Assembly (NCBI GenBank): GCA_000708835.1
Contig: DF237346.1
Coordinates: 22,444-86,443, forward strand
Length of the DNA stretch: 64,000 nucleotides
Source: Klebsormidium nitens
Taxonomy: Eukaryota > Plantae > Klebsormidiophyceae
Reading direction: 5' to 3'
Shown here: one piece after another, positions 56,092 to 64,000 of the stretch
Layout of the letters: every line of letters starts with the position of its first letter
Position numbering within the stretch: position 1 is the first letter of the stretch
Translations under genes and position numbers: made by a program
Notes under the pieces: model-generated
The model's input: only the letters and a program-made list of their open reading frames with translations
Database searches by the model: none
What the model was told of the DNA's origin: nothing

Positions 56092-56470
56092 TCATGAGAT
56101 ATTCCTCGTCTGAACTCTCTGACGATGATCATCACCTCTTGTTTCGACCTTGATTTTTTTGGTATTTTTCTTAGACGCAACACTTTTCTTTGCACCATGC
56201 TTCTTACGAGCACCGCTGTCTTTTGCGGACCGTTGAGTAGACTCGTGTCTTTGCACCTCGGGCTGTCGAAGTTGTTTCGAAAACCGAAAAATCTAGTTTT
56301 GTCGCATACGATGAAAAAGTCCCCTCGAATGGTAGATTTTTTGGTCGATCACATTTTGTTATCGGAACGATATGAACTCGATACGCAGACTGTTTCCGCT
56401 GAGATCCTCGAGTTGTTTCTTGGAGCATCACCGATACGCAAGTTGGCAACTTAACTTGTTTGCCTTGATC
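56092..56470 (-). pseudogene. MC1-like DNA-binding protein, copy 1 (5' truncated by the repeat array, frameshifted)
   Basis: GKQVKLPTCVSVMLQETTRGSQRKQSAYRV..., a direct repeat of ~60140-60520 with a frameshift before the basic tail. Confidence 0.7.
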
Positions 56471-56479
56471 TAAAAGCGA

Positions 56480-59400
56480 TTCGGCATTATTCACGATCAG
56501 AAAGTGTTGGGCATTATCTACGATCCAAAAGTGTTGAGCATTATCTACGATCCAAAAGTGTTGGGCATTATTGACGATCAGATAGTGATTGAGCGTCATC
56601 GACGATCCGATGGTGTTTGGGCATTATCTACGATCCAAAAGTGATTGAGCCGCTTATCGACGATCCGAAAGTATTTGGGCATTATCTACGATCCGATGGA
56701 GATTGATCATCTCTACGATCCAAAATTGATGGAGCATTATCTTCGATCCGATGGCGGTTGATCATTTTAATTCTACGATCAAAAAGTGAATGGGCATTAT
56801 CTACGATCCAAAGGCGTTAGGTATTATCTACCATCCGATCCGATTCTGATTGTCCGCTCTCAAACTTCGGCCGTGAATTTTCTGTTCCCCGTGGTCGACT
56901 TTTGACGACTCTGGGTCACTAAATTTGAATTGTCGGAGTTTAGAGCCGGAATTTTCGGCGCGTCGACTCACTAGGAGGTCACTGGCTACTACCCAGCCTT
57001 CAAAAACTACATTTTTTGATCAAATTTGAAACTTCGATCGACTTTCGACCGTCGTCAACCGTAGATGTGGACCGGCAGTCGTCAAAATCAGCCACATGGC
57101 TGCCACCGTGGAAGTTCGTGAGCGGAGGAACTCTAGACTAGGTCCCGAGCTCGGGACCAAACTCGGATGCAAGTTGTCTCGGGCCCCTTAAACGCGGGGC
57201 CAACATGCTGTTTTCGACGGAGCGTTCGATGCATCGAAATACGGGCGAGAGTACGACATATCGTCGAAACCCGGAAACATCGCACCTAATAAGTTTGCAG
57301 ACTGGCGCTGCAACATCTTGTCCCTGCATTTAATGGGCCCGAGTGTGGGCGTTTGTACGATCCCATGATGAATGTTCATTTGGTACGATCAAAGTTGAAT
57401 GGGCGCTTGTACGATCCAATGTTTTGGCATTATCTACGATTCAACAGTGATTGAGCATTATCAACGATCCGAAAGTGTTTGAACATTATCTACGATCCAA
57501 AAGTGTTAGTCATTAATGACGATCCGAAAGTGATTGAGCATCATCGACGATCCAAAAGTGTTTGAGCATTATTGACGATCCAAAAGTGTTTGAGCATTAT
57601 TGACGATCCAAAAGAATTTGAGCATTATCTACGACCCCAAAAGTGTTGGGCTTTATTGACGATCCGAAAGTGATTGAGCATCATCGACGATCCGATGGTG
57701 TTTCGGCATTATCTACGATCCAAAAGTCATTAAGCATTATCGACGATCCAAAAGTATCTAAGCAATGATTATCTACGATCCAATATTGATCATGGACTTG
57801 CATGATCTACGATCCGATGGCGGTTGATCATTATCTACGATCCGAAAGCGTTAGGGCATTATCTACCATCCGATCCGATTCTCCGCTCTCAAATTTTCGG
57901 CCGTGGATTTCTGTTCCCCGTGGTCGACTTTTGACGACTCTGAGTCACTAAAATTGATTTGTCGGAATTCAGCGCCGGAATTTTCGGCGCGTCGACTCAC
58001 TAGTAGGTCACTGGCTACTAGCTAGGCTACTACCCAGCCTAGCTAGCCTAGCTAGTAGCCAGTACTCGGTCGAGCCCGGCTCCAGAAAAGTTGATTTCGA
58101 CCAAATTTGGAACTTCAATCGACTGTCGACTGCCTTCGACCGTAGATATGGACTGGCGGACGTCAAACTCAGCCACATGGCTGCCACCGTGGAAGCGAAG
58201 GAACTCCAGCCTGGCTAGGTTCCGAGCTCGGGACCAAACTGTGGGCGTTTGTATGATCCCATGATGAATGTTCATCTAGTACGATCAAAGTTGAATGAGT
58301 GTTTGAACTTTGTACGATCCAATGTTTTGGCATAATCTACGATCCAAAAGCGTTAGGCATTATCTACGATCCAATGGTGTACGGGCATTATCTACGATCC
58401 AAAAGTGTTGCGCATTATTGACGATCCGAAAGTGATTGAGCATCATCGACGATCCCAAAGTGTTCGAGCGTCATCTACGATGCGGTGGCGATTGCTCAAT
58501 TTCTACGATCCAACAGTGATGGAGCACTATCTTCGTACGATCACACGATCTAAAAGTGATTTGGCATTATCTACGATCCGATGGCGGTTGATCATCATTT
58601 TCTACGATCCGGACGTGATTGAGCATTATCTACCATCCGATCCGATTCTCCGCTCTCAAACTTCGGCCGTCAATTTTCTGTTCCCCGTGGTCGACTTTTG
58701 ACGACTCTGGGTCACTAGATTTGAATTGTCGGAGTTTAGCGCCGGAATTATCGGCGCGTCGACTCACTAGTAGGTCACTGGCTACTAGCTAGACTACTAC
58801 CCAGCCTAGCTAGCCTAGCTACTGTAGTAGCCAGTGACTCGGACAAAAACTTGATTTCGACCAATTTTGTAACTTCAATCGACTTTTTCGACTGCCGTCA
58901 ACCGTAGATATGTGGACTGGCGGACGTCGAACTCAGCCACATGGCTGCCACCGTGGAAGTTTGAGCGGAGGAACTTCAGGCTAGGCCCCGGATCTCAGAT
59001 GCCTCATGTGGGCGTTTGTACGATCCGCTGATGAATGTTTATTTGGTACGATGAAAGTTGAATGGACCTTTCTACGATCCCGCGATGATGAATGTTCATT
59101 TGAAACGATCAAAGTTGAATAGGCGTTTGTACGATCCAAAGGTGACTGTTTGATTGATACGATACAAAATTGATTGGCGAGAATGTACGATCTGATGGTG
59201 ATCGGTCATCATATACGATCCAGAGTGGTTGGGCAATTGTACGATTAGATGGGCATTGTTCATTTGGTACAATTGTTTGGGCATTCGTACCACCCAAGGG
59301 TGATTGTTCTTCATGTACGATCCGCCGATGATGATGAATGTTCATTTGGTACGATCAAAGTTGAATGGGCGTTTGTACGATCAAAAAGTGATTGTTTGAT

Positions 59401-59600
59401 TGATACGATACAAAATTGATCGGCGATAATGTACGATCTAATGGTAGTTGGTCATCATATGCGATCCAGAGTGGTTGGGCAATTGTACGATTAGATGGTC
59501 ATTGCTCATTTGATACAATCGGTCGGGCATTCGCACCACCCAAATGGTGCTTGTTCTTCATGTACGATCCGATGATGAATGTTGATTTTCTACGATCCCA
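56480..59600. repeat. Higher-order array of ~27-28 bp units with core (T/G)ACGATCC, interrupted by three copies of a ~450-570 bp conserved block
   Basis: The unit is GGCATTATCTACGATCCAAAAGTGTT(G/T), with roughly 60-70 cores by eye. The conserved block (CCATCCGATCCGATTCT...CAGCCACATGGCTGCCACCGTGGAAG...) starts at 56831, 57866 and 58633. There is also a ~246-bp tandem duplication at ~59100-59590. Confidence 0.93.
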
Positions 59601-59834
59601 CAAATCTCTTTTTGCATCTTGCAATGCTTATGACACAGGTTTCAGTTATAAATTTAAAGGGGTTTGAAGATTTGGGTCTTGTTACCACTTATGCACTTTC
59701 CACAACCAAAGCACCAAGTTCTAAGCACCTTTTACGCAAGGCATAAGAATGGTTGCGTGTTTTTGCGTGAGTGAGTCTTCGAGAGCATGTTAAACGTGGT
59801 TGTGGACTATTCAGAGTTGTCAGAAAGCTTAGAC

Positions 59835-60130
59835 GATGAGCTGAGCTTTCTGACGATGAATCATCGTCTCTTGTTTAGACCTTGGTTCTTTTCACAAGTT
59901 TCTTCAGCACTTTTCTTTGCACTATGGTTCTTACAAGCACAGTTGTCTTTTGCGGACCGTTGAGTAGAACCCGTCTTTGCAGCTTGGGCTGTCGAAGTTA
60001 TTTCGGAAACCGAAAGATCTAACTTAGTTGCATAAGATGAAAAGGTCCCCTTCAACGATCGATTTTTTGGTTGATCACATTTCTTGACTGGAACGATACA
60101 AACTCGATACAAAAACTATTCCCATTGAGT
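59835..60130 (-). pseudogene. MC1-like DNA-binding protein, copy 2 (3' part only, frameshifted)
   Basis: YRVCIVPVKKCDQPKNRSLKGTFSSYATKLDLSV..., a tandem partial duplicate of copy 3. Confidence 0.7.
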
Positions 60131-60152
60131 TCATATTGAACGTGATTGTGAA

Positions 60153-60695
60153 CTATTCATCGTCTGAGCTTTCCAACGATGAATCATCTTCTCTTGTTTG
60201 GACCTTGGTTTTTTTGGCTGGTTTCTTAGACGCAGCGTTTTTCTTTGCACCGCGCTTCTTACGAGCACTACTGTCTTTTACAAACCGTTGGGTAGAAATT
60301 GTATTTTCAGCTCGGGCTTTCGAAGTTGTTTCAAAAACCGAAAGATCTAGCTTAGTTGCATAAGATGAAAAAGTCCCCTTGAACGATAAATCCCGTGGTT
60401 GATCGGATTTCTTCACTGGAACGATACGAACTCGATAAGCAAATTGCTTTCGCTGAGATCCACGCGTCGTTTCTTGAATCATCACCGATACACAGGTTGG
60501 CAGCTTGACTTGCTTGCCTTGGCATTTCTGCGTCCGGTAGAGTTGTGATCCAGCTCGAGCTCCAGCTTGACTCACGCGTCCCTTGACCGCATCAATTTCG
60601 AGACGCATATCTTAATCAAGGGCGAGCGCATCTTGGTTCTTACTATCTCTAGCTGCAACCACCTTGAAGCTTCTTTTTTGACCAGCGGCATCCAT
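60153..60695 (-). CDS. MC1-like (NCLDV-type chromosomal protein) basic DNA-binding protein, copy 3; one in-frame TAA at 60612-60614
   Basis: MDAAGQKRSFKVV...(stop)...GRVSQAGARAGSQLYR...VMIQETTRGSQRKQFAYRVRIVPVKK plus a K/R-rich and acidic tail. KRSF.V, AA.KA.SQL.R and I.ETTRGS.KK.F.Y match the viral MC1 domain as I recall it. Confidence 0.65.
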
Positions 60696-61041
60696 TGTCG
60701 ATGTAACCTTTAATGAGATAGCTTGAGAAAATAATAGTACCCCTAAGGCATTTATTGTATATGTGAGTGCATTTCATAGCTCAAGATTCAAAAATGGTTC
60801 TGAAAGAGGAATCCGCAAGCATGCTTTTTGAAAAAGTGACAAGCGAAATTTGGATAACTACTTATTGTTTTGAGAAATCTCGAGATTTCTCAACATTTTC
60901 CTTACCCCGCTTGCAGTTTATAGAAGGTAACTACAAAATGTATTCTTCTGGTCAATTTATTTTGACATGCTAGATTTTGATAACTCAATCGTCTAACCGA
61001 CATGTTACAAAATTATTTTCGGGAGGGTAAGATAACTATAG

Positions 61042-61873
61042 ATGGATGTCACGCTTCAACAAGTTTTGACTGACGGGATTCGAAGCCTAAGTGTCAGTCA
61101 AGCAGTATCTGAAGGGAATCAAGTTCCTTTGGGACCTCTGTTTTGAACCTGAGGAAATGCCTAGTAATCCAACATGGATTAAGGCAAAAGCCAAGATAAT
61201 TATTGAATCAGTTCTTGAACGATACAATAACCCTGGAAGCAGACGAACCCGTTTAGCCCCGTTCTTGGCCGTTTGTAGAAAGATGGGTTTTTCGGAGGCG
61301 TATAAGATATACTATGAACCGTTTAAAAGTCAGAAAGGTGCTCTTAAGGAGCTACGAGAACAACAGCTCGAGAAAGAGAAAATCGAAAACGGCACCGTCT
61401 ATATGAATACTGGAGAGGTTGAAACATTTGGGAAGAAACTAGCTCGAAAGGTTCGTAGTATGACATTTGTTGGGGATTCGATGCAGAAGCTCAGTACGAA
61501 GGAGATCAAAATAATCATGGTGCACTTGTTACTTGAATGGTCTATGCTTGTTGATCAAGATCACCAATCACGGGTGAAGCTATATGATCTTCCAATTGTC
61601 AGAAAAGGGGGGAAAATACGTTTAAGTGGATGTTATCTTTTGGAGACATCTCGGCGAAAAGGTTCATACAAATTGGTCTTTGAAGATGGCAATGAAATAG
61701 GATCGAGCAAAATGCTTAGCAGATACATACATCGCACACTTGAAATTCTACCACGGGAGTATCTGCTGACATCCATTTCACAGCCTGAAGTACCAATGTC
61801 AGCTTCTAACTTTGCGATCTTTTGTAGCAAAATCGAATGTGAGGGGAAGCGCTTTAATCCAAAACAGGTGTAG
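61042..61873 (+). CDS. Degenerate tyrosine-recombinase paralog lacking the C-terminal catalytic motifs; 1-nt frameshift near 61090 relative to the ATG at 61042
   Basis: Collinear similarity to the downstream YR: SVKQYLK ~ TVIAYMR; LAPFLAV ~ AAPFAIL; HLLLEWSML ~ HLLLSLYTM; LPREYLL ~ IPRKYVI; SNFAIF ~ KNFTIV. It ends at KRFNPKQV* before the LRH, MGH and Y motifs. Confidence 0.55.
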
Positions 61874-61933
61874 GTTATGCGTGTACATAAGTTCGAATTA
61901 TAATTATTATCTTGTTGAAAGATAAGTACATAT

Positions 61934-62992
61934 ATGATGGACCCTAAGCTTGCGGCCGAGGTACAATCTATCCTCAAGAATCAAAGCGATGATAAGATTG
62001 CTCGCGGAGCTCCTGCGCATCGTAGTGACTCGACGGTAATTGCATACATGCGCCAGCTATCACATGTGTACAAAGAAGGGGTATTCGGCCCCGAGATAAT
62101 GGAGGATCTCGAATGGATAAAAGCCTCCGACGCAGTGATTGCGGTCATCGAAGGTTTGACAACACGTAACGGTGAGTTACTAAAAGCACTTACAAAGAGC
62201 AACTACGCCGCTCCGTTTGCCATTTTAACTCAACATTTAGGTGCTTCAAGTGCTCAAGGTAAGTACACAAGTTACATTCAGAAGATGAAGCCATCAGAAG
62301 AGGAATTGGATCGTACGATACAGAGGAAAACACCTAAGGAGGTTGCAAATTGGGTACCTTGGGACGAGCTTGTCAAGCGGCGAGGCGAGCTCGATCAACA
62401 GATTGTCGCAAACATAGTGCCAAAATTCCAGGAGAAGAGAAGACTTACATTTTTCGATAAGCAATTAATGATGGACCACCTGCTACTCAGCCTTTACACA
62501 ATGACTCCAGGCCCGTTGAGAAACGAATATGCGGAATGCGTCTTTTTCTTTAAAGAAGATGGTGACCACGAACTTACTTTAAATCCCGGAGATGTGAACA
62601 CGTGCGAGCTGAATGATGATTTCGACCGTTGTTTCTTCCATCTGGGAAGACACAAAACTCTTGAAAAAGATGGTGTCAGAAAACTTGCCATACCGGAGAC
62701 GCTCGTGAATGTGCTTCTCAGAAGTTTCAATCTTATCCCACGCAAATACGTGATCCTAAAAAGACACTATCTTGCCTGGAAAGACAAGCCACATAAGAAC
62801 TTCACTATTGTCCTCAACGACCTTGGTCAACGCCAATTTAACAAGAACTTGTCATGTACACTTTTACGACACATTTCACATACGGAAGAGTCTTCAAAGT
62901 TGCACTCAAGAGGCGAATTGCGAGCAAAGGCGAGGTATATGGGTCACAGTCTTCGAACGGCTGATGAGCTCTATGATAGACGATATGCTTGA
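61934..62992 (+). CDS. Tyrosine recombinase/integrase (PLV/NCLDV-type), 352 aa
   Basis: Catalytic constellation: GPLRNEY (R), GRHKT (K), TLLRH (R), YMGHS (H) and DELY (Y). Intact single-exon ORF. Confidence 0.85.
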   Translation: MMDPKLAAEVQSILKNQSDDKIARGAPAHRSDSTVIAYMRQLSHVYKEGVFGPEIMEDLEWIKASDAVIAVIEGLTTRNGELLKALTKSNYAAPFAILTQHLGASSAQGKYTSYIQKMKPSEEELDRTIQRKTPKEVANWVPWDELVKRRGELDQQIVANIVPKFQEKRRLTFFDKQLMMDHLLLSLYTMTPGPLRNEYAECVFFFKEDGDHELTLNPGDVNTCELNDDFDRCFFHLGRHKTLEKDGVRKLAIPETLVNVLLRSFNLIPRKYVILKRHYLAWKDKPHKNFTIVLNDLGQRQFNKNLSCTLLRHISHTEESSKLHSRGELRAKARYMGHSLRTADELYDRRYA

Positions 62993-63001
62993 AAAGCCAA
63001 G

Positions 63002-64000
63002 CTACCGTTGCAAGCATGGGCATACGTACGTGCTTTTTGGCATATTTCCCTTGGGGAATCGAACCGGATCGGGCATTGGAGGGTCTCCTACATAGTGTTC
63101 ACAGTCTGGTTTCATACGTACTCCCGAAAGTCCTTTGAACTGGCCTCTGAGCTGAATAGAATGATCAACGTATTTTCCATCTTGTATTTGAAAATTGAAG
63201 CCATCAGCATACAGTATTATCTTCTTTTTCAAAGCCGTAGGAGTGAGAGAGCTGCTTAAACCCTCCTTTTGCGTCCAACTTTTGAAAGCATCACCAAGAC
63301 TTTGCCCAAGTCCAAGATAGTAAGTTGATTGATCTTCGGGAGTCTTAAACTCCAAGCAATCTTCAATAAAGCGCTTGCCAAGATCCGAGTCGCTGATGTA
63401 ACCTTTCAGTGCATCTTCCATTGCTTTTGGGCGCTTTTCCAAAACACGCTTGTTTGGATTAGCCCTCTTCAGGTCAAAGTAACGTTTTGCTCCTGCAGCA
63501 ATCCAAGACAAGCCCTCTTCTTTGCCTTTTTCAGATTTAAGGTATGTGTCAAGCGTGGGATCCATGAGCTTTTCACGAGGTTTATTGGGGTTTGGATTGC
63601 TCTTAAAGGTCACAATCATGGGGAGAAGCGCCATTCGTCGGGTTAGACTAAAAGACGCGTTTTCCATGATCGGCTTATAATTGGTATTCAACACTGCTTT
63701 GTGGGTGATCAGAAAGGTTTCTGGTGGAGTATGGAGTTGTCGAGCTGTGATATGACCACCTCCCGAAAGCTCTTTGATTGTTCCCTCATTTAAGATGGCT
63801 CTTTCAGAACTTTCATCGCTTTCTGCAAGCCTAGCTCCTTTTAAGGTTATTAAATGACTCGAAGGTGACCCCGCAGATCGTTTTCCGCCAGCTTCTATGA
63901 TAACGTCCCTATCCATTACAACCGCATAACTGCCAAATATCTCAAAAGATGCAATCTTGGTGAGTGATTTGCCGTTGGATCCATCCCCTTGCTTGATGAG
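63002..64000 (-). CDS. D5-like/P4-family primase-associated SF3 helicase, C-terminal part (5' end beyond the window)
   Basis: The frame stays open to the window edge: LIKQGDGSNGKS (Walker A), LKGARLAESDES (Walker B), LNEGTIKELSGGGHITARQLH, NTNYKP (sensor N), RRMALLPMIVTF. Confidence 0.88.
   Translation of the reverse strand, partial: LIKQGDGSNGKSLTKIASFEIFGSYAVVMDRDVIIEAGGKRSAGSPSSHLITLKGARLAESDESSERAILNEGTIKELSGGGHITARQLHTPPETFLITHKAVLNTNYKPIMENASFSLTRRMALLPMIVTFKSNPNPNKPREKLMDPTLDTYLKSEKGKEEGLSWIAAGAKRYFDLKRANPNKRVLEKRPKAMEDALKGYISDSDLGKRFIEDCLEFKTPEDQSTYYLGLGQSLGDAFKSWTQKEGLSSSLTPTALKKKIILYADGFNFQIQDGKYVDHSIQLRGQFKGLSGVRMKPDCEHYVGDPPMPDPVRFPKGNMPKSTYVCPCLQR

Larger units (their letters stand above)
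50520..64000. mobile_element. Endogenous virus-like or self-replicating integrative element (NCLDV/Polinton-like-virus gene repertoire), truncated by the window end
   Basis: Cluster of AEP-UL9 primase-helicase, MC1-like genes, two tyrosine recombinase-family ORFs, a D5-type SF3 helicase and large iterated repeat arrays. Packing is compact and intron-free from 60.1 kb onward, with a 9-bp gap between the convergent YR and D5 genes. Confidence 0.75.

Noticed and set aside
56480-59600. CRISPR array or protein-coding repeat gene
   Set aside because: Units are contiguous degenerate tandem repeats without unique spacers. Mixed 27/28-bp lengths break all long reading frames.
60767-60973. Small ORF between the MC1-like and YR-like genes
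   Set aside because: 68 codons from a GTG start, AT-rich, no motif. It is more likely the divergent promoter region.
50520-64000. Helitron, Polinton/Maverick or Crypton label
   Set aside because: No HUH Rep/PIF1, no protein-primed PolB or retroviral-type integrase is visible, and the gene content far exceeds a Crypton. The label is left open because the element is truncated.

Overview
Intron-rich eukaryotic nuclear DNA from a flagellate-bearing lineage. A green or streptophyte alga such as Klebsormidium is my inference from gene content, not something the sequence proves. About 1-48 kb is host-like: a SPAG8/FAP143-like axonemal inner protein, propionyl-CoA carboxylase alpha (PCCA), PRMT1, a secreted bacterial-type CYTH-like protein, a gene of a phage/cyanobacterial-type uncharacterised family, an ankyrin protein, an SNM1B/Apollo-like nuclease and a Crinkler-like P-loop gene with a frameshift. 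Introns of PCCA and PRMT1 repeatedly contain graded, decaying tandem copies of the neighbouring exon/intron junctions. From about 50.5 kb to the window end lies a virus-like or mobile element that is cut by the right edge. It contains a spliced ~1100-aa AEP primase-Zn finger-UL9-like SF2 helicase fusion, with two mutually inverted arrays of a 51-bp quasi-palindrome sitting at or in its introns. It also has a 3.1-kb higher-order array of ~27-bp TACGATCC iteron-like units with hairpins, three copies of an MC1-like DNA-binding protein gene, a degenerate plus an intact tyrosine recombinase in tandem, and a convergent D5/P4-type SF3 primase-helicase. No capsid, packaging ATPase or DNA polymerase gene is visible in the window. 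All family assignments are from motif recognition by eye; no database search was run.
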